DNA of 63,347 nucleotides, filler included, from Hyphochytrium catenoides (Eukaryota > Protista > Hyphochytriomycota): NCBI GenBank assembly GCA_900088475.1. It is 10 parts of 10 records of this genome, joined end to end, with 100 filler letters (N's around TTAATTAATTAA, not from the genome) between each part and the next. Parts side by side here need not be neighbours in the genome. Positions count along the whole stretch, not along the records: positions 1 to 22,187 come from FLMG01003290.1; 9 more parts are not named here. One strand, written 5' to 3'. Shown piece by piece: positions 1-11,570 of this stretch; positions within the stretch are counted from its first letter, which is position 1; each line of letters starts with the position of its first letter. A program made the position numbers and the translations under genes. The notes beneath the pieces were generated by a model. It did no database searches, had not been told where the DNA came from, and worked only from the letters and a program-made list of their open reading frames with translations.

Positions 1-738
1 TCTTCTCTCTCTCTCTCTCTTTCTCTCTTTCTCTCTCTCTCTCCTTCTCCTTCCCTCTGACTTCCTTCTCTCCCTCCCTTTCCGTTCTTTCTCGCCTTTG
101 TTATCTCTCTCTCTCTCTTTCACCCCCACTCTCCCTCTCTATTCGTCTCCCTTTCTCTGTTCTCTCGCTTTCCTGTTTTCTCTCTCTCTCTCTTCTGCGC
201 TCCGTCTCTCTCCTTCTCTTTCCTGCCCTTCGCTTCTTTCTTACTCTACCCTGCTTCTTTTAACCTTTGTCCACAATCGGCTCGGCCATCCGTGCCGATC
301 CTTGGTTCTTGCTGACGGCAGGGAAGCCCCTCCTCCTTTCTGCCTCTCTCTGAACTCTTTCTCCTGCTGGACATCCTTACCTCCCGACCACTAGACGGGG
401 CTTATCGCTCTCACGTTGTCCTTGCGTTCATTTCCCGGTCGGCTTGCTTCCACTCCTCCTCCTCCTCGTTCTCCTCGTACTCTACATGCCCTTCTTCGTC
501 CTGTGACTTCCCACTCACTCTTTGCAATCTCATTCTTGCTCTGCTTGTCCTTCGCCTCCACTATACCCTAGGCTGCCCATTGACCCCTTCGATGACAGTG
601 CTTCTCCGCCCACAAAAGACTGAAGACTCCTGGGCCTGCAGAAGAGCTGCCGGGGAAAGTGGAAGGCCATGTGCTGCATGAGAGAGGAGTAAGGCATCCC
701 ACACAGGGTTATGATCCTTCCATATTCACCACCTTGCG

Positions 739-3329
739 ATGCCATCCAACAGACTAGAGAGAGTAAAAGGCCCAGAGGTCATGCTGTCAAAGAACAACGA
801 AGATCCTCCTCCACCGTTCATAGAAGGCATCCGGGCGAGGAGACACCTCCAAGTAAGAGGCAGTCCTAGTGGCGCAGATGGAGAGGGGGATCTCCCTCCT
901 TATAGGACCCAGGACCCTGGCACAGGGAAGCTAATGAGGGGCCTAGAGTCCGAACCATTGCCTATGTATAAGCCGAAGCAGGACCAGGAAGTGGAGACTC
1001 GAAAGGAGGAGTTACCTGTGTACCCATCTTCGAAAGCTGCAGGTAGCACGAACTCAACAGCTTTAGCAAGAAAGAAGATGACCATAGCGATAGACAGCAG
1101 TCCGCCGCCATATCATAGGGACCTCCAAGTAAGAGGCAGTCCTAGTGGCGCAGATAGAGAGGGGGATCTCCCTCCTAATAGGCCCCGGGCCCCTGGCGCA
1201 GGGAAGCTAATGAGGAGGCTGGAGTCCGAACCATTGCCTATGTATAGGCCGAAGCAGGACCAGGAAGTGGAGACTCGAAAGGAGGAGTTACCTGTGTACC
1301 CATCTTCGAAAGCTGCAGGTAGCACGAACTCAACAGCTTTAGCAAGAAAGAAGATGACGAGAGCGACAGACAGCAGTCCGCCGCCATATAATAAGAACTC
1401 AAAGGTGGCTTGGCAAGATGACCAAAAGCCAAAGGTGACTGACGCTCTGCCGCAGTATAAAGCTCGAATAGCTAGAAATGACAACAGCGGCTCTTTCAAG
1501 TTGAAGAGCCAGTCCCTTGCAAATGGCAACGGTGCCACTGAACCGCTTGATGGCTCTTCCGCATCCCCAAAAGGGAAACGCAGTCCGCCCCAAAGAGAAA
1601 GAGACTCAAGTTTTGATCAAGAGACTAAGCTATTGAAGTCATCGAAGGACAAGAAGGAGATGACGACCAAGAAGCCAGATGGTTTCTCGGAAGCTGGGCA
1701 GGCTGAGGAAAGAAGCGATGGAGAAGCTCAAAGTAACAGAGTAGAAGTTCCTGTGACTCGGAGGAACGTTGAGGAGAAGAGAGGAGGAATAGCCAAGGAG
1801 GGCAACGCTAGAAAAGGGAAACAAGAGGCTAGCGCGAAGCAAGGAAAAAGCGGGAGAGAAGTGGAGTCCTTTGGACAGATAAGCAGTAGTCCTGAGACTA
1901 TTGAGCACGCAGGAATCAAGAAGAACAAGAAGGTAGACAAATGGGTTGAGAGAGCAAAGCGGGAACAAGAGGTAGAAGAGGATGAAATGGATCCTTCGGT
2001 AGAAAGCAGTCAAGAGGAGAGCCGTCTGCCACAGGAAAGCCTAACAAGACAGAAGACAAAGGCGACTAGACAAAGGACAGAGCACGGGGCGTCGCTGCGT
2101 GATACTGACTCACCACTAACAAGGGTCACGGGCGTGAACCATATGACAGAGAGGCAATCACTGGCTAGAAAAGGTCTGTCAACAGGTAAAAGAAAGGGCG
2201 ATAAGCTACCCCAGCAAGTCAAAGAGCAGCCAGAGACAGTTAAGGACCGACCAAGGCCGCAACAGCGTGAAAAGACTTCTTCTGCGAGTCTCCAGCCGAC
2301 TAGCGGCAATAAGACTATAGGAAAGAGCAAACATGATTCCTCTGCTCAGCCAACAAAGGCGGGCTTTCTCTCTGTCGTTGGAGTCACAGTGGCTTCTGTA
2401 AGCACGCCACGGGAGCCCAGAGACGAACAGAGAATGCCATCCAAGCTTAAAAAGAGCAGGAGGAGGAAGAGCAAGAACGTACGGCGAACCTTGCAGTTGA
2501 TGATGAGAGACATGGACAAGGAGTATGAGAGGGCGCTGGAGGAGCAGCAAAGAAAGAAAGAGACCTATGAGGCTCAGCTCCAGCAGCTCAGCGAGGGGCT
2601 GGAGTCCGCGGAAGAGGCGAATAGGAAGAGAACTGATGCGGATAGGGAGCTTTTAAAGCTTGCATTGAAGCGGCGACAGGCAAGAGCCCCTTTCACTCCT
2701 TACTTCTCTCCTGTCTCTCTCTCTCTCCCCACCTATATTTGTCTGCGTCACGGTGCCTTCCTCTTGGTGCCTGTTATCTCTTTCAGGTAGGCCTCTCTTC
2801 ATCCCTCGCCTCTCTCCTCCTCTCGCTCAGTCTTTCTTACCTCTACAGCTGTCTATCTTCGAGTTGCTATGAGTTGAGTTCTCATGATGTGTGCATATGT
2901 AGGAACTTAACACTTTGATCTACAATACCAAGCGGCTGGAGGTGTCTTTGCAGAGAAAGAGAGAGAAGCTTCTCTCCGAGTATCGGTATAGTCACACTTC
3001 TTCTAACGGTTAATTTAAGCCCTGTTCTGACATTGCTGGGTCCTGCTTGCACTCTCAGGTTGAAGAAGATGGAAGCAATAGTCAAGGGCACCTCCGGCAA
3101 GCAGATGAAACAAGGCAAAAGGAAAGTAGATAGCGGAGAAGAATCTTCTAGCGCATCCTCCTCGCGCTCGTCCGGCTCTTCTGCCGAGAGTGAGGCAGAG
3201 AGTGAAGAAGCTGCATCTGACAGCAATAGTAGAAGGAGGAAAATGAATGGCTCGGAATCTGGCAACTCGGAAAGAGACTCCTCAGACGAAGAGGAGAGAA
3301 GCCACAGCAGCAGGCGGAAAGCGAGATGA
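739..3329 (+). CDS. Low-complexity protein with multiple (L/P)PxY motifs and a C-terminal coiled coil; predicted exons 739-2679, 2903-2985, 3059-3329
   Basis: 683-aa ORF in the track. Splicing at CAG|GCAAGA (2679/2680) to TAG|GAACTT (2903), then CG|GTATAG (2985) to CTCAG|G (3059), gives continuous KRRQ-ELNTLIYNTKRLEVSLQRKREKLLSEYR-LKKMEAIVKG, ending at the stop at 3329. The 5' end is uncertain. Confidence 0.65.
845..1390 (+). repeat. Intragenic tandem duplication, period 276 nt (92 aa)
   Basis: ACCTCCAAGTAAGAGGCAGTCCTAGTGGCGCAGAT occurs at 845 and 1121. The near-identical peptide LQVRGSPSGAD...DSSPPPY appears twice. Confidence 0.95.
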
Positions 3330-3480
3330 TAGAAGGAAAACAGAAGAAGATGGCCGGAAGGAGGAACAATCGTGAAGAGGGAGTTTGCAGAGGTTGAGAG
3401 AAAGAGAGAAAGAAAAGAAAAAGAGAGAGGAAAAGAGGGAAAAAATAACGGAGTTTTACTCAGCAACTCCCGTTGATGTG

Positions 3481-4511
3481 TTACATAGGCGACAGTGAAG
3501 GCGCAACTGTATAGAAATACACTGTCGATTCGTCTGTCCAAGTCACCTTCACTCTGGTTTCCTGGGGAGGGTCTAGAAACTTCATACATTGTCTTTCATT
3601 CCGCTGGCAAGCGCCACTCTCCCGATGGCGGGTGCAGATCTTCCGCATTGTTACCAGCATTCGAAGCTTCTTCGCTGCTGTGACGCGCTCGAGGATGGCG
3701 CTCATCAGCGGTGCGTCAAAGCAGACATTGTTCACAAAGACAACCGTAGCATCAGAGAGATCTGCTTCAGGAGGTGGAGCGCATGCATCTCCCTCAATGA
3801 TGTGGATTTTCTCCGTTATTTTCCTGGGAATGGATGGCATTTTGCCCTCAAGGCAACGAAGTCTGTTCCAAGCCTCTTTGGCGATAGCTACACGAGGTTT
3901 CGCCAGTTCTATGCCCTTTGACGGGCAGTTTGCATGCAGAGTCACCAGGAAGAGGACTTTGCCAGTGCCACATCCGACATCATAGAACACATCTTCCTTA
4001 GTTAGGCACATGACGGGAAGAATATCATTGATGAAGGCATGGTTCTTCACTTCTCCGTATGTGAGGCGTTTTTTGAACTCTGGGAAGCTGCAGACCTCTG
4101 CCGATGGCTCTGCCTCTGTTTGCCTTAGGCGTTTAGCTTCAATAGTCGTGTTATAGATTTTCCGTAGCTCGGTCGATTCGCTGTCTTCGTAAAGGGCGTC
4201 CAAGACCTAGAGAGAAGAGTGTAAGACGCTGAGACGATAAGGAAGGAGCCGACATGACTGCAAAGGAGGCAGATATACTTTACAATTTCTATGGGAGAGG
4301 TTGTGCCAGGCTCGTCGTCATATGCAACTCCTTTCTGTCGCTTAGTGGCAGAATCTGGCAAGGTTCTCCCGCTACTCCTTCGTCTTAGCGTGCTAGTTGG
4401 ACTCTTCCCTGACGCCGTTGAAGGCGACTGGACTTTCTTTATATCCTTCTGCTCTTGAGGGTCAACGTTTTCTTTCATTGAAGGCTCTATTGTTGAGCTG
4501 GAAGTTGGCAT
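3481..4511 (-). CDS. DOT1: DOT1-like (histone H3K79-type) class I SAM-dependent methyltransferase; exons 4511-4284 and 4206-3481, possibly more 5' exons up to ~4960
   Basis: Motifs LTYGE, VFYDVGCGTGKV, GIEL..PR, IIEGD, ATVVFVNNVCF and VTWT..VYFY match the DOT1 catalytic domain. A GT-AG intron at 4283-4207 joins PIEI to VLDALYEDS in frame. Confidence 0.8.
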
Positions 4512-5244
4512 CCTGATCGCTAGAGGTGCGCAGCGTGTGCGTTCCAGAGGCTGTCACTGAGATGTGAGGCCTCCAGAACTCTTATAACTTAGTATTATGG
4601 CACCCAGGCCCGACAGGTCTCCTCTTCGTGCTGTGACTGAGAGCGTGTGCCCCTTCCCACGGTCTCTCGGTAAAGAATGTCGTCTGGACCAACTTTGATC
4701 GAACGGCAGCTACTAAGGCTAGGGACTGATGAGATAGAGGGAGCCACCGGAAGAGGAGATCGGGCGAGCGAGCAAAGTATCACAGAGGAGACGCCCACGT
4801 CGTGGTGCTCCCTTGCGCTCTAGTCCGTGCGGGCTGCTGGGCTGCTGAGAGGGAGCTTTTGGGAGCTTTCTGGCTTTCCCCTCACTCCCGCCATTCTGCC
4901 CTGGTTCAAAATTCAGAGCTCCCCCAGAGGGAGGTTGCATATCAGAAGTAAGAGTTCTCACGTGATTACTACATTCTGATTATCAGAGGCTTAATCGGCG
5001 CACTGCAATCAGAGGAAAGGGAAGTTGAGACAGAGTCTCTAGAACACGTCTGCACTTCACCAGCGTTATCTGGGCATGTTCCACGCTCGGACTGCCAGCA
5101 AAGATCAGAGGGATAGTTCTAGCTAGTGACGTGCCAAGGAAGCTTTGCTATCGCCGTAGGCACAAAGACTCTGAGCCCGGTGCAGGCAAGAGAGGACAAG
5201 CACTCCGTGCAGCAGCAAAAACACAAAGTCTTCTGACAAGAGCC

Positions 5245-5584
5245 ATGGTGCAGTTTATGGAAGGTCTGCTGGTGAAGACGTAAGTTTCCTTTTGCTATTA
5301 TTTTTGTTCAAAGCAGGTTGATTGATTGTCTCTGTGTAGAGACCCTGCTCTGAAGGAGTTTATGAAGCATCTTAACCAGGTTAGCCATTGCTGAGTGATC
5401 CTTCAGAAGCGCATTTCCATACCTTTCTCACTGTCCACACCTCCGATGCGTGCAGAAGCGGCAGTTCATCATCCAAGACTTGGATAGCACTCATCTATTC
5501 GTCTTTCCTGACAGCAAGAAGTTCCTGCAGGAGGAGATCGAAGAGCTGAACAAGAAGAACACCTACGAGCCACCGCTCAAGTGA
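5245..5584 (+). CDS. TFB5: TFIIH subunit TFB5/p8 (GTF2H5); exons 5245-5279, 5340-5379, 5456-5584 (missed by the ORF track)
   Basis: Spliced translation is MVQFMEGLLVKTDPALKEFMKHLNQKRQFIIQDLDSTHLFVFPDSKKFLQEEIEELNKKNTYEPPLK*, with the Tfb5 signatures G.L...DPA.K and FII.DLD.THLF. Both introns are canonical GT-AG. Confidence 0.92.
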
Positions 5585-5747
5585 TTGAGGCCTCCTTTCT
5601 ATTATTTATTCCTCTTCAGTGCCTATTCGATTGAGCCAGCCATGTCCTTGTAAATAACCCATGACGGCTGGCCAGCAGTCAGTAGCCTGTCGTCAGCGGG
5701 AGAATATACTTGTTTCAGCCTTTTGACTCATTGTCCCTGCAGGTTGA

Positions 5748-7991
5748 CTAGGTAGCTTCTTCATACGACACGGCAGCCGGTGGATATTCATAGTAGGCGG
5801 TGTAAGGCTGAGCCTCGTAGGAATCTATCGGATAGTCAGTGGGTGCATAGTATGCGCCGTCACCTTGACCTTGGTATTGGTTAGGCTCCAGTGCTGCGGA
5901 CTGTTCCCAGCTTTGATCGTACGACGAAGAGAATACTTGCAAGCTGCTAGACTGCGCTTCCTGGGTTATGGCAGCTGCTCCTGCTCCTTCCATCAATGCG
6001 TTGGATCCTTGTTCTAGACCGCTTTGAACGATCGGGCCTGCAAGTGCACTGGGCTCTTCGTAGCCGTACCTGGTACCGTGAGCTTGAGCCCAGATGCTGT
6101 CAATGTACTGTCGGTACTCTCCAGCATAAAACCACGTCGTCCCATCTAATACTCGCAGGTAAAATGCGTATGGCTCGATCTCAACCTCCCGCTCCTCTTG
6201 TCCGTCTGTCAACCTCACTCGCAATGCATCTCTATCTTCGCGATACGAGAGAACGTCCAGCGGGCACCATCCGCCTCTGTCTTGGAGAAAGATCTCTCCT
6301 TGAAGCCCGACGAACATAGAGCTCTTCAGCGCTTGCTCTGAGGGCCGATAATGCAGTCCAGAGACCCAGACAGAGCCTGTAAAGAACCGCAGCGCAGCTC
6401 GATCGGCCTTGATATCCAGCCATTCCACGTCTCCATCCCTATAGTCCACCAGGTAAAGGCCCTTCTTCTTGCTAAACAACTTTACGTCTCCGTCTTGCAG
6501 CTGCATCTTCTCTGTTATTGCTCCTTCCTCCTCCCCCATAACTGCGGTCTCTCTTTCTACTCTAACTGTCATGCCTAGGTAGGCCCGCTGCAAGCAGGAT
6601 TCTAGGCGTGGATGAGTGAACGTTCTTTCCATTCGAGAGGGAGACCACCAGACCCTGCTCCCTGTGCTTTGGTCAATAAGATCTTGCCAGTCTCCCTCCT
6701 CTTTGCTCCCGGTGTTCCCACTGCCATCCTCCTCATCCGCATCATCACCACCGTCAGATAGACGCACTCGTCTTCTTCTTGCCTGAGATCATACATCGTG
6801 AGAGAGCGCATNNNNNNNNNNNNNNNNNNNNNNNCACTCTGTCTCGCCTAGCCTCTCACCTTCCACACTTCCCGTTGTGCTCCAACTTCTGTCTTACTCC
6901 TCTCAGCATTAGCCTCTTTAGCCCGTCTCAGCCGCAGTTCAGGAAGCTTTGCTGTCTTATGGCCGCGCCAGATCTAGGGATTAGAGCAGTAGATAGTCGC
7001 TCAGAATCTGAGTTGAACGATATGGTAGTCTTGCCTCTTCCCTCTCAGCAGAGCGCATGCCATATCTTCCATGTCGCTCTATCTCTCCACCTTTGAGCTT
7101 CGTTTTGATCGGGGTCCTCTCTCTATGCTTAGCTCCAGCAATCCCCTTCTATAATCTGCCTCTTGCTACCTTTAACATCGGCTCCTTCTTGCCCTTTTCA
7201 TTCTCTCTTCCTCTTACCTTCTGAATGTTGGCGGCAGCTGTTTGCTTCTCAGTCTCCGCTTGCCTCCTCTCTCTATACATATCTCGACCTTTCTTCCCTC
7301 TATAAAGTGCCTGTAGCCTCATCGCCGCTCGCTGCCTCTCCTCAAGTCGTTTTTTACTTTGAAGCTTCAATGCAGGGACTCGTTGGCGCCCGCTTCGCAC
7401 GTGAAACAGGAAGAAGGAGAGTGAGAACGCGCTGCCTTGCATGGGTGGGAGAAGAAGAAAGAGAGAGGTACACAGACCGAGATAGATCGGTAGATATACA
7501 GAGAGAGAGAGAGAGAGAAAGAGAACAAAGGCATTTAGAAAGGCGCCTTAAACGGGGAGAACAGGAGGAAGGCAACAGGTCCTTGAAGAAAAAGACGTCC
7601 CACATAGAGTGTAGGAGCAAAATTGAGAGAATGAGAGAGCGTTGGCTACCGGAAGCCTCTCCAAATCCTCTGAATATTTTTGGCAGCACGCTTTTGCCGC
7701 TTCAGCACTTCCTTCTCTCTCGCTTTGTCTTCTCTTCTCTCTCTTGCAATGCGCCGAGCCTTGACTGCTCTCCAGATGGCTTGCAAGAGAGTGGCACATC
7801 TATTCAGGTTCTCTCTCCGTCTTTGCAGAAGATGAAGAATGTGGAGGAGCCCGCGCCGCTGCTGCCGAGAACTTGAGCAAGAAGAGGAAGACATCATTAG
7901 ACTCTTGTTACGATCAGAGACAGCTCGCATACAAAAGAAGGAGGAAAGAGACAGACCAAGAGAGAGAGTGTGCGTGTCTGTGTGTGAGAGC

Positions 7992-8031
<40 letters not shown>

Positions 8032-11000
8032 AAGAGAGGAGGGCAATCTTCGAGAGAGCGACTAACCGGTAGAACTTTTGCAGGAACGTTGCGGCTCTGT
8101 CTTGCCTCACTCGCAGCTGACGCCGCACTGCCATTTTGCCAATTCTTCCAACCTAGGGCAGAAAAAAGCCAAAGAACAAGCACAAGGGAGACAAAGTTAT
8201 ATTTCTAAATGAGACCTCAAGTTGTGAGTGTAGACTTTGTCTGGGTGAGAAGAGCAAGAACGAATGAGACCAAGAGAGAACAAGAAGGAGAGAGAGGAAG
8301 AAGGAGAGAAAAAAGAGAGAGATGGGAGGAAGAAGAGAAAGAGAGAGGGAGAAGAGAAGGGGCAAGAGACAAGTGCACAATGAAAGCTCTTATGGCGCGA
8401 AAAGGAAAGTCCAGGGATCGTGAGAAAATCCGAGAGAGAGACACTCAGACTGCAGAAAGGACAACTCGGAGAAGAAGAAGACGATAATACTAAGAGTCTC
8501 CCCAACTCGTCTGACCTCATTTCTCCTCTCCTTTCGTAGCAAATATCCCCGGAAGAGAGCCTGGAACCTTATGATGGGAGGCACAACTCTTTCCAGAAGC
8601 AGCTTGCTTTCTTTCTCTTCCCAGAGCGCCTTCCTCACCCTGTACCCTCTAAATCTCTTTGTGATCCTCGATGCCGCGGCCATCTTCTCTCCTCTTTCTC
8701 GCACTTTGACCTGCATCTCAGCCTTGAACCTCTGGTTCCTGAGCCATCTCTGTACCTTGATGGCTCTTGGCTCATAGATTATCTTAGAGCGATACTTCCT
8801 CACGTAGGAGCGACAGCGGTGTCCTCTGTACAGCGCCTGGATTCTCAGCGATGCCGCGTCCGCGATAATCTGTCTTTGCGCTAAGAGTTTATTTCTACTC
8901 GCCTCTGGGCGCGGCTTCAGCCCAAAGAAGGTCTCCGCCCGCTGTACCGCTTGAAGGGGAGCGAGTGATGAAGAGAGAAGAGAAGGAGAGGAGGTGGACG
9001 GTGTGAGAGAGAGGTTGGAGGCTATCTCAATGAGTCCTCGAGAGGAGATGAGGAAACATCCGTCCAGATTGAGGCACTGGAGAGCTCTGCAGTGCGTTGT
9101 GAGCGAGAAGATTCCTTCTTGCTGCAGCCCGCAAAGTTAAGAGACTGCAGCTCTTGGCAGCCTCGGCTAAGAACTATTACACCTAAAGTGACATGCAAAG
9201 AAGAAGAAGCAATGGCGGTCACAAAGTGAGACGGATCGTGTTAGCCAAGAAGGGAGGAGGAGGGCACTATGTACAGAAGGACAGGCTTGGCTATGGGGCG
9301 GGCAATAGTATAGAGAAAGACAGAGAGAGAAAAGAGTAATAGATGACCTCATTGCCGTGTCTGGTCTTTCATCGTACCTTTGTCTGTCAGTTCTGAGCAC
9401 TTGCTGACGTTCAAGCTACGAAGGCCATGGAGCTTGCCTCCAATTGCCATCAGAGACCGGTCAGTTATCTGACATACACGAGAGCGCACTCAAGGGAGTT
9501 AGTCAGCAATAACTGAGGAGCAGAGGAGAGAGAGAGCTCGAGAAAGGAATGTATAAACGATGTAAGAAGGAAGGAAAACGGAAGGACTATTTAGGCGTGA
9601 CAGAGGAGGAGAGAGAGACCGTAAAGACAGAGAGAGAGAGAAGAAGTAACAGAGAAAGAGAAGGTAAATGAGAGGCGCCAGCGCTGGATGAGGAGAAGAG
9701 CTGTATGTCAGGAAAGACTCTTTCTTTGAGTTGGAGCGCCGGGGAGAAGAGACCAGTTAAGCTGCCACCACCTTGAGACATTTCCTAAGGTTAACGATCA
9801 GCAAACCGGGACAGCCTTGCACAAGAGCCGTCACTCCTCTGTCTGTCACGCGGTTGAGTTCCTCCAGGTTAATGCTCTGCAGCCGTCGGCAGCCAGTCCC
9901 GAGATACTGAAGTCCTAGATCTCCCACCGTGGAGCACTGGGCGAGTGAGAGAGAGGTAAGAGAGGTACAGCGAAGTGGCGGAATGTTCCCGCCCAGACAG
10001 CCTGCTAGCCAACCTAAGCCTAGCAACAAGGGCGAGCAGAGGACAGCAAACAGCAAAAAAGCTTGTGAGTAGGCCGTTGCATCATGTGAAATTGACTAGA
10101 AGGTGCATCGATCTATAGCAGCTTCTGCTAGGAAGAGCGGTAGAAATCAAACCCTTCGAGTAAGAGAGGAAGGAGGAAGGATAGAGTATGAACCGTTAGG
10201 AGAGGGAGAGAGTTACCGTCATCGCTAAGTGGACAGCTGTCCAGGGTAAGGCTCTGAAGGGTCCGGTGCATGCTCTCAGTCAGCGCTTGCAAGCAACTGT
10301 TCGACACAGCGGGACAGGAGCTGAGATTTACAGTCCGGAGGCTGGTTAGACCTGCATCACAAGATGGAAAGGAAGAATGTGAAGGCCAGAACATCAACTG
10401 GTTGAGCGGAAGAGGATATATAAGAAGCAGAGAAACGGAAGCGAGTCAGAGAGCGACGTCTCTCGAACTCTATGAGAGATAGGATAAAGAGATATAAAGA
10501 CGCAGAGCGGAGAGAGAGAAAAAGAGATCACAGAGAGAGAGAGAGAGACAGGGTGAGAGAGAGAGAGGGAGGAAACCACGAACCTGAAAAGAGGACTTTG
10601 AGGTCTCCCTCAGTCAGGGAGGAGTGGGAGACGTCCAGCTGGGTTAAGGATTCGCCCAGGTAGTGGGAGAGTGCCCGGAGGCTGCCCTGCGAGAGAGAAG
10701 AGAAGATATGGATCAACCATCCGAGAGAACTAACAGAAGAAAGATGGAGAATAAGCCTTCAGCTGACCCATTGATAACGGGAAGAGGAAGTTCATCCAAG
10801 AACTGTCGTCTGTTCTCTCCATCTCTTTCTTGTCTACTCTGTCTCCCACTCTCTTTCTCGCTCTCCATCTCCGTCACGTTCTTCTCTTCTGGTTAGCTGC
10901 GTCTGTACCTTGGTGAGGGCATTAGGAGAAGCTCCCTTCAGACAAAGAGAATGGGGTGACGGTGAGCCAAGAAGGGGCAAGAGCTCCGTAAGAAGGCGGT

Positions 11001-11570
11001 CCGAGACAGTCTGCCAAAGACTGGAGATGTCCAACGTAGGATAGCTCTTCGTCTTTTCATCATATGTTTGGCACGCCAACACCCGGCGGACAGCTTCGGA
11101 GGGCAAGCGACGAGGAGAAGCATCTCCTCCGGCGGCAGATCTCTTCGTCCCTCTCTCTTCATCGCTCTCCTGAGGCTCTGAAGAAGAAGCACAGCGCAGT
11201 TTCTTTCGTGTCTTCTTCTCTCTCGTTCTCGGGAACTCCTGCTCCTGTTGCTGCTCGCGAAGAATGGCATGGATCCTGTTGACACCTCGGAGCTTCTCAC
11301 TGTAGGCAAGCGCTCTTTCCTGCTTATGCAGCTCCATCCTGCCTTGTCTTCCCGATCTTCCTCCTCCTTCGTTGGGGTCTTCTCCCTCTCTCCCGTCCCT
11401 TCTGATGGCAGTCCTGGTGCTACATCATCTCGGGTACAGAAGGAAAGAGAGAGAGAGAAAGTGACGCAGATATGGGAGTAAGAAGAGATATGGTAGAGGA
11501 AGGAAATCGGCGAGGTGACAGTGAATGAACCGTTTGGGGCTGTCAGCAGGTGGTAAGAGCCGCTAAGATC
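5748..11570 (-). CDS. Multi-exon protein: cysteine-containing LRRs (FBXL/AMN1 type), multiple IQ motifs, WW domain, Tudor-like C-terminal domains
   Basis: LRR exons include LTQLDVSHSSL, LRTVNLSSCPAVSN, LTSLSLAQCSTVGDLGLQYL and LQSLNFAGC. IQ motifs include RIQALYRGHRCR, RFQALFRGYLLR, LLQAIWR, NIQRIWRGFR and RLQALYRGKKGR. The WW-like segment WQDLIDQSTGSRVWWSPSRMERTFTHP lies in the terminal exon 5748-~6810. The 5' start is not resolved. Confidence 0.8.
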
